This document shows, in pieces, positions 12,252-24,265 of a stretch of 64,000 nucleotides of DNA (its first letter is position 1; the number at the start of each line of letters is the position of its first letter). The DNA comes from Eledone cirrhosa (lineage: Eukaryota): assembly GCA_964016885.1 (NCBI GenBank), contig OZ024750.1, forward strand, positions 51,460,001-51,524,000. The letters are read 5' to 3'. A model generated the notes under the pieces. It had not been told where the DNA came from. It searched no databases and saw nothing but the letters and a program-made list of their open reading frames with translations. The position numbers were made by a program, and so were the translations under genes.

Positions 12252-13038
12252 GGCGGTGAATTGGCAGTATCGATAGAGGGTCGGACGCCATGCTTTGACG
12301 CATAGAGTTACGGCCCTTGCAATTTTGAGTTCAAATCCCGCCAAGGTTAAATTTGCTATTCATCCTTACGGGATCGATACAATAAAGTACCAGTAATGTA
12401 CTGGGTATTTGCTGGCCTTATGCCAATAGTAGAAACAATTATTTTAATACAGTTTAATTGAATATGGAATTATGTGTATGCGTATGTCGATATACATTTA
12501 TATGTATTAAGTTATGCATTATTAAATATGCGAGGAGAGCGGTGAATTGGCAGTTTGCTTTGCGGTGTTTAGTTACGTCCCTTTACATATATAATTTCGA
12601 CCAAATCAGTGTTATTTGTATTGCGGTGGATTGGCAGTATCGGTAGAGGATCGGACACCACGCTTTGCAGCATAGATTTACGGTCCTTTATCGTCTGAGT
12701 TCAAATCCCGCTGAAGTTAGCTTTGCTTTTCATCATTAGGGGGATCGATAAAATAAAGTAACAGTAATGCACTGGGGTAATTGCTGGACTTGTGCCAAAA
12801 CTAGAAACAATTATTTGTATTATATGGCGGCGAATTGGCAGCATCGGTAGAGCGTCAGACACAATGCTCTCCAGCATAGAGTTATGACCCTTTACGTTCT
12901 GAGTTCAAATAGCACCACGTTAACTTTGCCTTTCATCCATACGGAGTCGATAAGTAAAGTACCAGTAACAAACTGTGTCCGATTTAATCGACATTCTCTT
13001 TTTCCATAATTGCTGGCCTTGCGCCAAAAGTAGAAAAC
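12252..13038 (+). mobile_element. Cluster of tRNA-derived SINEs (12252-12436, partial 12538-12590, 12623-12810, 12826-13038)
   Basis: Same family as 10550; the 12623 copy has an 11-bp TSD ttatttgtatt (12612-12622 / 12811-12821). Confidence 0.85.
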
Positions 13039-13354
13039 ATTCTTACATATGCGGGAAATACTGAATGCTCCCTAGTAGAACATAGATATATTTATATATA
13101 TATATTGAACTGTTATACACAAATAGTTTTATGAATTATGTTATAGAAAGGAATGATATCACAAGGATTACTAGCAGGAAATTAAAATAGATTTATAAAA
13201 ATGTTGTTCTTTTTCTTTTCAATTCTACAAGAAGTTCAACATGAGATAGGCACCAACTGAACTGATTTATTGCTGTATGAAGGCAACTAAACTATTGCTT
13301 AGTGTGATATTCTCATTATCTCTGGTCTTCCAGGTCTCAGACCTGCATATATAC

Positions 13355-13438
<84 letters not shown>

Positions 13439-13546
13439 TATATTATACTTAGAGTTTAAACTCAAAGTCATTTACAATTAATCAGCTCAAAGAAAGAAGC
13501 ATTTCCGAGCAGTTTAATATATAACTTGTATATATTTATATATATG

Positions 13547-13582
<36 letters not shown>

Positions 13583-13583
13583 C

Positions 13584-13660
<77 letters not shown>

Positions 13661-13706
13661 GGAATACTGTTGGCTTCTTGCTACAATAATTTCTATACTT
13701 TTCATT

Positions 13707-13748
<42 letters not shown>

Positions 13749-13786
13749 CATATACAAACATATATATATATATATTATATACATAC

Positions 13787-13880
<94 letters not shown>

Positions 13881-13956
13881 ATATATATTATGGAATACTG
13901 TTGGCTTCTTGCTACAATAATTTCTATACTTTTCATCTCTATATATATATACATAC

Positions 13957-14002
<46 letters not shown>

Positions 14003-14061
14003 TATAATTTTGTTTTCAAATCCATATTTAATAAAAAAAACACCATGTTATTTATTCATTC

Positions 14062-14247
14062 AGGGCGGTGGATTGGCAGTATCGGTAGAGAGTCGGCCGC
14101 CATGCTTTCCAGCATAGTTACGTCCCTTTACGGTCTGAGTTCAAATCCCGCCGAGGTTAACTTTGCATTTAATCCTTACGGGGTCGATAAAATAAAGCAC
14201 CAGTAATGTACTGGGTAATTGCTGGCCTTGTGCCTAAAGTAGAAACA
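14062..14247 (+). mobile_element. tRNA-derived SINE with a 15-bp TSD
   Basis: TSD gttatttattcattc at 14047-14061 and 14248-14262; an empty-site paralog lies at 16174-16336 (-). Confidence 0.9.
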
Positions 14248-14248
14248 G

Positions 14249-14321
14249 TTATTTATTCATTCTGACGACTGAAGACAGATATAAATATCTTCCCTCAAGA
14301 AACCACTGGTAAATGAAATAA
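14249..14321 (+). ncRNA. Degenerate minimal hammerhead
   Basis: uuauuuauucauu..CUGAAGA c-agauau(aa)auaucu-ucccucaa GAAA CCACUGG UA aaugaaauaa; the base of stem II is damaged. Confidence 0.5.
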
Positions 14322-14483
14322 TTATCTTATGTTGTTTATTACATAACTAATAAGCTCTGTAGCCTATATAGAGCACTCTCTTTTCCTGTACCTTTCCTAC
14401 GGAAATACTTCATTTATATATATGTGTATATATATATATACATATTATTACACACACACATATATATATATATACATACACAC

Positions 14484-14603
<120 letters not shown>

Positions 14604-14813
14604 CGTTTCTGAATTTGTTTAGCAAGATTCTTTATCTGAAAACTTGTGTTTAAACCGATATTGTTATGCTTTGGGAGGGTCATGTTGCCACTAAGAAACA
14701 CACGCACTAATTGCTTTCACTTCAATTTATTATAAATTAAATTTATAAATTTAGGAATTTATAAATTTCTGGTTGGTTGGTTGGTTCCCCGACCAGATGA
14801 TTGTTCATATATT

Positions 14814-14856
14814 GTCAAAGTTCTTTCGTTACACATTCTGTGACCTCTTCAGTGAC
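14814..14856 (-). ncRNA. Minimal hammerhead, slightly degenerate
   Basis: GUCA-CUGAAGA-GGUCACA(GAA)UGUGUAAC-GAAA-GAAC-UU-UGAC. Confidence 0.6.
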
Positions 14857-15023
14857 TGGGGATTCTTTTCTTTGTTTTTGTGCCTCTCCTTTGTTCTATC
14901 CTACGCCAAGAGGGCGTAGGACAAAACAAAGGAGAGGCATTTATATATTTAATTTATAATAAATTGAAGTGAAATCAACTGGTGCGTGTGTTTCTTATTG
15001 GCAATATGACCCTCCCAAAGCAT

Positions 15024-15056
<33 letters not shown>

Positions 15057-15061
<5 letters not shown>

Positions 15062-15189
15062 CAAAATGTTAACAAATGAAAAATATTCTGATAATCAAAA
15101 TATATACATTATTATATACATTTGAAAGGTACTGTGTTGCTTTTTCAGTACGTCTTCATCAGACAAAATATATGATTTGATATATATAT

Positions 15190-15223
<34 letters not shown>

Positions 15224-15343
15224 TATTCAAAATGTTAACAAATGAAAAATATTCTGATAATCAAAATATATACATTATTATATACATTTGAAAGGTACTG
15301 TGTTGCTTTTTCAGTACGTCTTCATCAGACAAAATATATGATT

Positions 15344-15346
<3 letters not shown>
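15057..15346 (-). repeat. Two tandem copies of a ~125-bp hammerhead-bearing repeat (third copy at 55306-55426, +)
   Basis: CUGAUGA-agacguacug...caguaccuuu-CAAA (GAAA mutated); the 55306 copy has CUGAUCA...UGAAA. Confidence 0.65.
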
Positions 15347-15434
<88 letters not shown>

Positions 15435-15922
15435 GACCGAGAAAAGTCCGTCAACAGTAGTCTGCTGATTCTCATTGGTATTTCTTCGCATTAAAGACTA
15501 GATACCTAAAATAAGTGCGAGCGATAACTAAATTAATTTATCGGGACAGAAGAAAGTGAACAAACAACATGGTAGCAATGCAACGTAAAGAGAGGAAAAG
15601 AGAGACAAGTCAATGAATCCTGTGGGCTTAAGTCCGACAAATCAAATGAGAACAAAATAGACACGTCCGAGCCACGAAAAAATTGAGAGAGGAAACAATT
15701 AACGCAGGTCAGACGGGAGGAAGTGAAAGAGGAGGAGTAGCAGAGAGTGAGTGAGTGAAAGTGTGAGGAAAGGGCCAGCTTAGAGTGTGTGGCCAGCAGC
15801 GGGGATGGAGGAAAGTAAGAGGTAAGGGTGGGGGGACAGAAAGAGGAAAGCAGTAAGGTAACAGAAAAAATACGAACCACAGCGAAGGAAATATATATGT
15901 GAATGAAAAATATCGTGCTGCG

Positions 15923-15964
<42 letters not shown>

Positions 15965-16090
15965 GATATTAAACAAATGGAAACTATATTTATAATATCG
16001 TAAACCTACTCCAGAAACTGTTGAGTGCTTTTATACCAGTTATAAAATATTTACTCGTTGTAACGCAACAATTTTAAATAAAGCTTTTGC

Positions 16091-16173
<83 letters not shown>

Positions 16174-16974
16174 TGAAGTATTTCCATAGGAAAGATACAG
16201 GAAAAGAGAGTGCTCTATGTAGGCTACAAAGCTTATTAGTTATGTAATAAACAACATTATTTATATATGTCTTCAATCGTCAGACTGAAAAAATAACATA
16301 GTGTTTTTATTAAATATGGATTTGAAAACAAAATTTACGAAATATGAAAGTGAGGCTGAAAAAACGGGCAAAAAGGATTTAGGGGAAACAATATACAGAT
16401 AAATATCCAGAACATAAACATACACATACTCAACCACGCGCTTATACGTAATAGTACGTAGACGTATACTTTCTCACATAAGCGTATATGCGTCGACATG
16501 GAAATACGAACGTATACGTCAGATACACATAAAACATATATAAAATATACATATATATATGCGTGTGTGTGTGTGCGTGTGTATACATATAATTATATAA
16601 ACGTATATAAATATACACACATAAATACACATATAACGTGCGCACACACTTACCTATATGTATATACACATATGTTCGCTAAACGAACGTCAACCAAAAC
16701 ACAAAGTACACATATACACACAGCCTACATACGTGCAAACCCGCATACACACAAACGCAAAACTCATGTATACACATAACTATATACACATGTACCAGTA
16801 TATATAATATAATATATACGCCTATAACATATACAAGCAAATATACGTACGAGAAAGTATACGTACCTTTACAAAACATACAGGTAATATATACTTACCT
16901 ATACAAATAAGTAATGGTATAAACATAACATATACTTAGCTACCACATCAAGACGTAAATTATCCGCGTTCGTA

Positions 16975-17258
16975 CTATCCGTTAGGGTATAATGTGGGGC
17001 TGTAATACAGGAAAGTTTTGTGCAATTTATGTTTACAAGCTGAAATTGCCTCAGATATTTTGTTTATGATGTGGTCATTGGCGTAGAGTATTTCCAGGGC
17101 TTTAGTGGCGCAGAGGTCACATGGTCTTTTATTTCCGTTATATGATCTAGCCTTAGCTAGGATCTCGCAGTGTAACCTATATTGGGTGTGGTTGTCTTTT
17201 AGACTCCAGATATAAGCTGAAAGTGACATCATATTCCTTTTTAAAGGGTTAAAAAAAG
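16975..17258 (-). pseudogene. PLE GIY-YIG C-terminal fragment
   Basis: SLSAYIWSLKD..EILAKARSYN..CDLC..ILYAN..INKISEAISACKH resembles the CxLC...LNKRSELISKCRH end of PLE endonucleases. Confidence 0.7.
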
Positions 17259-17269
17259 AATGGGTATGC

Positions 17270-17555
17270 ATGTAAAGACGCTGCGACATAATGCTTTAAC
17301 TAAGGATTACCGTAAAACTAATCGGAGTGTCATTAATGACATCAACGATGCTGCGTTTAAAATCACCTCTGATCTCAACATCATGGACCGGACTGAACCT
17401 CTGGACCCTATTTCTCCCCACTTTACCCTGAAGGATCACAAATCCAATTTCCCGATCAACCCCTCTATTCGGCTTATTAACCCTACGAAGTCCGATTTAG
17501 GTAGACTTAGTAAAAGGATTTTAGAGAGAATAATACCTGAAATTAGAAGCTTGGC
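17270..17555 (+). pseudogene. PLE RT N-terminal fragment
   Basis: FTLKDHKSNFPINPSIRLINPTKSDLGRLSKRIL, the TLKDHK...RLINPxKS motif of one PLE subgroup. Confidence 0.75.
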
Positions 17556-17676
17556 TCTCTTGCACTGTGGAACAATGTATACGTACATACATATATGTAT
17601 ACAGACGTACAGTACTATGTATATATATACATATGCATGCACACATATATATATGTAAGTATGGGTTTACCGAAGA

Positions 17677-18662
17677 TCTATATATTAATTTCAACAATCT
17701 CAGTATTCCGTGTGTCATAATTCTCGATTATCATTGGTTCATAAGTTTCAATTGACTCCGCCCACCTCAACGACGCCCAAATTAAATTAATATGTATAAT
17801 GCCAATGAGGGAGTGAGAAGGGGGAGTAAGAAACAGAGAGGCAAAGTGTTGGATACACTATGTATATGTGTCAGTGTAGAGACATGTGTGTGTGTGATGT
17901 GTGTGGAAATAAGAGGGGAAGGAAAGCAATAACTATTAACATGTGTGCGTGTGTATGTACGTGTGCGTATGTTTATGTGTGTGTGTGCGTGCGTGCAGCG
18001 TTCCACAGAAAGTAAAAACTATCAACATGTGTGAGTGTGTGCGTGTGTGTAAGTGCACGGGTGCGTGTATAAGTTTGCGTGTGTGTGCGCGTTTCCATGC
18101 GTGTATGTGTGTGTATGTGCGGCGTTCCACAATCGCCACGCAGTTTATCTGTCCGTGTGCCTGTCTGTCAGTCTAACATACACAGAGTTATGAAGGGAGT
18201 AAATTAGATAAGCATGTCATCCATATCCATATTAATTTGGCATTTGTATAAACCATTTCAAGTAAATAGGGACCCTTTTTACATTGACGGACATTGTTTA
18301 TATTAATTATCTATATCTATATCTACATATAATATAAAAGATTGGAACATCCATCATACTTTTGGGAAACGGGGAACAACCACTTCTATGCAATGATACA
18401 CATTTTACAGTCAGGCAGAAGATGAACCATCTCCTAGAGGTCACTATTCTAGGTGGGAGCACATAGAATTGTTCATATACTATGCACAAACGGTACAACG
18501 AAGAATCTGGTATATCTGCAAGATTTTTTTGCTGTTTTTGTATCACACAGACACCACTCGCCTCATACTGTAATCAGACAAACATCCAATACAGTTATTT
18601 TCTCTTTTACCTGTCCTCTCTTATCATCTGTTTACCCGGGCGAAGCTGGGTACGTCAGCTAG
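17677..18662 (+). mobile_element. Non-autonomous Helitron
   Basis: 5' TC at 17677; 3' hairpin tacccgg-gcgaag-ctgggta (18633-18652) and CTAG at 18659-18662; inserted between A and T without TSD; flanks rejoin as gggtttaccgaaga|tttattataatgttcgg. Confidence 0.8.
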
Positions 18663-18914
18663 TTTATTATAATGTTCGGTTTGTTTGTAAACAAACAGCC
18701 CGAATTACGCCGTACAGTGTTCGGCAACCATCGTCGCCCTTTTGTTCAACACTGACACATGAACGAGGAACTAGTTTCAAGCTATCGTCATTTATCGTTT
18801 TCGGTACGCCCAGCCGACTAACTCACTCGATATGCAAATTAAGCTGCTCAGCCGTTAATATGCATAAGGAAAGTATATACTTTCAAACGTTCAATCATTC
18901 TGACAGGAAGGTAT

Positions 18915-18957
18915 ACGATGCTGACGATAGCTAATAAGCTTGAAACTAGTTCATCGT
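18915..18957 (+). ncRNA. Minimal hammerhead (ACUAGU family)
   Basis: ACGAUG-CUGACGA-UAGCU(AAUA)AGCUU-GAAA-CUAG-UU-CAUCGU. Confidence 0.75.
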
Positions 18958-19888
18958 TCATTTGTCAGTGTTGAACAAAAGGGCGACGATGGTTGCCCAA
19001 CACTGTACGGCGTAATTTGCGCTGTTTGTTTACAAACAAACCGAACATTATAATAAATGTTCGGTAAACCCATACGTACATAAATATATGTGTGCATGTA
19101 TGTATATATATACATACTACTGTACGTCTGTATACATATATGTATGTACGTATACATACTTGTTTTTAAGTATCAGCCGTACTACGAGTGATAAATGAAA
19201 TTTCGTTTCATTCTTTCCCATTTATATATATATGTGTGTGTATGTGTGTATGTGTGTGTGTGTGTGTGTACATATCCCCTCTACTTTTTCCTAAGCGTGA
19301 TCCTAATAAGACTTTGTATTTTTTCAACTATAGGGTTTTAAAAATGACTGACCTTTTGGTTATTTAGAAAGTTTATGTATTAACATGTGATTATATATTT
19401 CTTTGTTCACTTTTACCAGTTTCAGCTGAGTTTACAGCCTTTTCAAAAAGATTTTCGCTGCAGTCTTTCGTTTCTGTTTATCTCATGTGGTTTGGCCGCT
19501 TTTTCCTGGACTCATGGGACGCAACTGGTTTTATCTTTGTCGCTTATATCTAGGAGAATATGGTTTATGAGGAGGGATGTAATTCAGGCTTTGTTTTTGA
19601 TAAAAACAAATGTATTTGTGTATAAAAATTGAGTTGGCTAGACTCATTCCCTTATGAACTACCAGATCGCCACAATAAGAATTTCACCGTAGACGGACTT
19701 GAATTCATTTAAAGAAATCATTATTTCATATTCGATGAAATAGCTTATTGATGGTAATCAGAAACAGCCATGGGGAAAAAGTTGCGCCAATCTAGTCAGG
19801 GGATTCCATGAATTAGAAATTCACAAAAGAAGAAATATATATATATGTGTGTGTTATATATATATATATATATACATATTCTTTATCT

Positions 19889-19923
<35 letters not shown>

Positions 19924-19986
19924 ATGTATGTATACGTACATACATATATGTATACAGACGTACAGTAGTATGTATATACAAGGTAT

Positions 19987-20029
19987 ACGGTGCTGATGAC
20001 AGCTAATAAGCTAGAAACTAGTTCATCGT
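19987..20029 (+). ncRNA. Minimal hammerhead (ACUAGU family)
   Basis: ACGGUG-CUGAUGA-CAGCU(AAUA)AGCUA-GAAA-CUAG-UU-CAUCGU. Confidence 0.75.
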
Positions 20030-20157
20030 TCCTTTGTCAGTGTTGAACAAAAGGGCGGCAATGGTTGCCGAACAATGTACGGCTTAATTCGGGCTGTTTG
20101 TTTACAAACAAACCGAACATTATAATAAATGTTCGATAAACCCATACGTACATATAT

Positions 20158-20772
20158 ATGGTGGCTGCCAACTCGTTTTCGAGTACGGCCACTACTTTAT
20201 ATCCATGTAGGAGAACCCCTACCGATGCGCTGAACAAGTGTGACTTTTTAGTCCAGCCAGCGACTTGAAAACTCTGGTACGAATACTACACTTGTGACAA
20301 TTATTGACACATAGTGCTGTGCCCATGGTACCATGTGACGACAAGTGCAGAGAGATCTCCAGATATAAAGCAATGCCTGTGCCGTGAAGCTATTATAGTG
20401 AGCAAAGGCACTGCACAAAGCCAGTCCCACTCTCTTAACCAAGATGATATTTACCAAAAGAAGAAAAGAAGAACAAGTCAACATCATTGGATACCATCAG
20501 AGTTGCAGGTGTTATATCAGAGTTTTCCTTCTCCTAGAATTCTGCATTGATAAAGGCTAAGGGGTCATCTCTCCCGGTGATTTTGGATGGCCATTGACTC
20601 TTAAGAGCTCCTTTGCCCTTTGACAGGTTTTGTTTTTAGTCCTGCAGGATGTCCAAAGTCACCCTCCTCACCAAGAAACCTTGGTGGGGTTGCCAGTTTA
20701 GTCGCCAACGAACCGACCATGAGACAGGTTGTACTGGGATACATGTTACCAGTAGCACCAACTGGTGACCTG

Positions 20773-20774
<2 letters not shown>
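20158..20774 (-). mobile_element. Non-autonomous RTE-derived retroelement (~600 bp)
   Basis: Near-identical to 33228-33826; RTE-type 3' end (actcgaaaacgagttggcagcca) and a C2H2 finger remnant. Confidence 0.75.
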
Positions 20775-20809
<35 letters not shown>

Positions 20810-20950
20810 CATGTATGTATGTATGTATGTATGTATGTATGTATGTATGTATGTATGTATGTATGTATGTATGTATGTATGTATGTATATACATACTTAT
20901 ATTTAAGTATCAGCCGTACTAAGAGTGAGAAATGAAATTTAATTGTTTCC

Positions 20951-20984
<34 letters not shown>

Positions 20985-20989
<5 letters not shown>

Positions 20990-21175
20990 AACGAGGAGGA
21001 CCCCGACGGCTGAGCTCAAGCCGTTTCGACGGCTAAGTCCAGAATTAGCCGTCGAAACGGCTTGAGCTCAGCCGTCGGGGTCCTACTCGTTCCTATTACC
21101 CACTCTACTACCCTAAGTATTGAGTACTTTGGTGCGTTATGGTCCACCTGGTTCCTTACCACATTTCGTCCGTTT
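20985..21175 (+). repeat. Fold-back palindrome element containing a hammerhead 3' half
   Basis: Hairpin 20985-21096; right arm reads GAAACGGCUUGAGCUCAGCCGUC; paralog at 54464-54671. Confidence 0.8.
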
Positions 21176-21423
21176 TATATATATATATATATATATATAC
21201 CTTTCATATACTGTACCGATTGTGTTGTTATTTCTGTTTACCATTTACATATATATATAAATACATAATCGGAGAAAGCTAAAAGCGATACTCCGGCCAA
21301 ATTCCACCTCACTCAACAAACATAAGGAAATACGTGAGTATATTCCTAATTAAACGTTTAGGGTGCTAACTAATTGAAAATTGGCTGTATCATTTCATAT
21401 GAGATATATCAAATATATATCTT

Positions 21424-21550
21424 CCCAGACGGACGTCTCGTTTCATTATAAGATTTCTACAAGTTGGGTGAAATTATACCAATTTATGTAGAAGCTTGTA
21501 TAAGATCAACAGATACTTATTCAAGTGGGCCCTTATAATTCTTCAGTGGG
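21424..21550 (-). ncRNA. Type I hammerhead with an extended stem II
   Basis: CCCA-CUGAAGA-AUUAUAAG-[long insert]-CUUAUAAU-GAAA-CG(AGACGUC)CG-UC-UGGG; the core is intact and the cleavage triplet is GUC. Confidence 0.8.
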
Positions 21551-21862
21551 TGCCCAATAATATTAATATTGATAACTAAATCAACATCAATGTTTAGCGA
21601 TAATCACCACAGTGATTAACGGAGCTGCTAGGCTGTTAGTCCAGCAGTTCTAAAGAAAATTTCACACTGTCACTAAAATAGCTGGAAGGAGATTACTGCC
21701 AAAAAACAATGAATTCTGAAAAGAATTCAAGCCACGTACTAGAACTCAATTGGATTTGAAAAAATAACCATGCGTGCGCATCGCTTGATGACATATATAT
21801 ATATACCTTCCATATACTGTAACGATTGTGTTGTTATTTCTGTTTACCTTTTATATATATAT

Positions 21863-21930
<68 letters not shown>

Positions 21931-22026
21931 GAGAGAGAGAGATGTAGAACAAATAGTTAATATTAGTTTTAATACGAGAGAGAAAATCGTGACAAAGCCG
22001 TCTATGAACTAAACCAGACATCTACT

Positions 22027-22791
22027 ATATACCCCACAACTTAACTGACGACCCTGCTATATACCCCACAACTTAACTGACGACCCTGCTATATAACCCA
22101 CAACTTAACAGAAGACCCAGCTATATACCACACAACTTAACAGACGAGCCTGCTATATACCACACAACTTAACAGACAACCCTGCTATATACCACACAAC
22201 TTAACTGACAACCCTGCTATATAACCAACAACTTAACAGACGACCCTGCTATATACCACACAACTTAACAGACGACCCTGCTATATACTCCACAACTTAA
22301 CTGACGACCCTGCTATATAACCAACAACTTAACAGACGACCCTGCTATATACCACACAACTTAACAGACGACCCTGCTATATACTCCACAACTTAACTGA
22401 CGACCCTGCTATATACCCCACAACTTAACAGACGACCCTGCTATATACCACACAACTTAACTGACGACCCTGTTATATAACCAACAACTTAACAGACGAC
22501 CCTGCTATATACCACACAACTTAACAGACGACCCTGCTATATACTCCACAACTTAACTGACGACCCTGCTATATACCCCACAACTTAACAGACGACCCTG
22601 CTATATACCCCACAACTTAACAGAAGACCCTGCTATATACCACACAACTTAACAGACGAGCCTGCTATATACCACACAACTTAACTGACGACCCTGCTAT
22701 ATACCACACAAATTAACTGACGACCCTGCTATATACTCCACAACTGAACAGACGACCTTGCTATATACCACACAACTTAACTGACGACCCT
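22027..22791. repeat. 32-bp minisatellite (~24 copies)
   Basis: Unit ctgctatataccacacaacttaacagacgacc. Confidence 0.95.
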
Positions 22792-23418
22792 ACTAAGACG
22801 GCCCATCAGATTTGACCCTCAAATTCAGTGTATATACCCCCTAACTGGATATACTGCCAATCTTCCTATTATATAACGAACGACAGAACGAGAGCTGTTA
22901 CATAATAACTAGAGGACGTATATATTTAATACAAAGAGAAACTGTTAGTATACATATATGTGTGTATGAGTTTATAACTGTTTGTGTGTGTGCGCGCGTT
23001 TGCATGTGCATGTGCGTGTGTTTGTGTGTGTGTATGTATGAGTTTGTGTATTTTTGTGTGCGTGTTTATGTATGAGGATGCGTGTGTTTGTCTGTGTGTG
23101 TGTGTAAACATGCGAACGTAAGAAGAAAAAAGTACTCAATACATAAAGTAACGTTCTGATATTAAAACACTTTTGCTGTTCCGTGTTTCGTGTTGGCACA
23201 AAGTCACGCAATTGGATTTGTTTACAAATGTTAAGGTATTTATAGAGCGGAAATATATGATTACATCGAGGTGGGAAATAAATACTTCAAAATGGCGATT
23301 GCATGTTGGAGAGCGTTTGTAAAAATATAGAAATAAGGATGACAAAATAAAAATGTAGAGAAAGACACGCTTACACACAGACATTCATAGGGAGAGCTAT
23401 ATAGCATATACAGGATGA

Positions 23419-23498
<80 letters not shown>

Positions 23499-23533
23499 TA
23501 TGTATATAGACATATATATAGACATATATAGAC

Positions 23534-23576
<43 letters not shown>

Positions 23577-23663
23577 AAGAGAGAGAGACATATATATATA
23601 GACATATATATAGACATATATATATAGACATATATATATAGACATATATAGACATATATAGAC

Positions 23664-23788
<125 letters not shown>

Positions 23789-24265
23789 CAGACATATAGG
23801 GACACAGAGATAAATACACATATAAAGACATACACACATAGAAAGAAGTATACTCACACATAGACGTTTATAGAGGTACAAATACACACAATCAATAAAG
23901 TATAGAAACACACACATAACATCTCACACAGAATCAGAGAGACACGCACGCGCAGTGGAACACACGCTCGCACAAAAAACAGTGAAATGTATTTACGCGT
24001 ATGGTGAGATCTAGATGCAGACGTACAGAAAGACAGACAAACACATACACAGACACACACACATGCATACACAGGCACGCATGCATATACACACATGCAC
24101 ACATACATATACACACACATTCACCCACATACACACGCGCGAACATACACATACACACATGAAAACATACATTTACATACACACATACAAACACGCACAC
24201 AGGTTCAGTCACATTTACACAAATGCACACATGCAGATTCACAAAGTTAAAGAAACACCAAACCT

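Noticed and set aside
19645-19780. Hammerhead-like uuccc-uuauga..uacca..uggua..gaaacagc..gggaa
   Set aside because: Core and cleavage triplet are too degenerate to call; at most a relic.
21578-21612. SECIS-like GUGA..AAA..UGAU on the minus strand
   Set aside because: Helix II is too short and weak, and there is no linked UGA-containing ORF.
22027-22791. 32-bp repeats (and the 29-bp and 44-bp arrays) as CRISPR arrays
   Set aside because: Units are head-to-tail with no unique spacers, there are no cas genes, and the context is eukaryotic.
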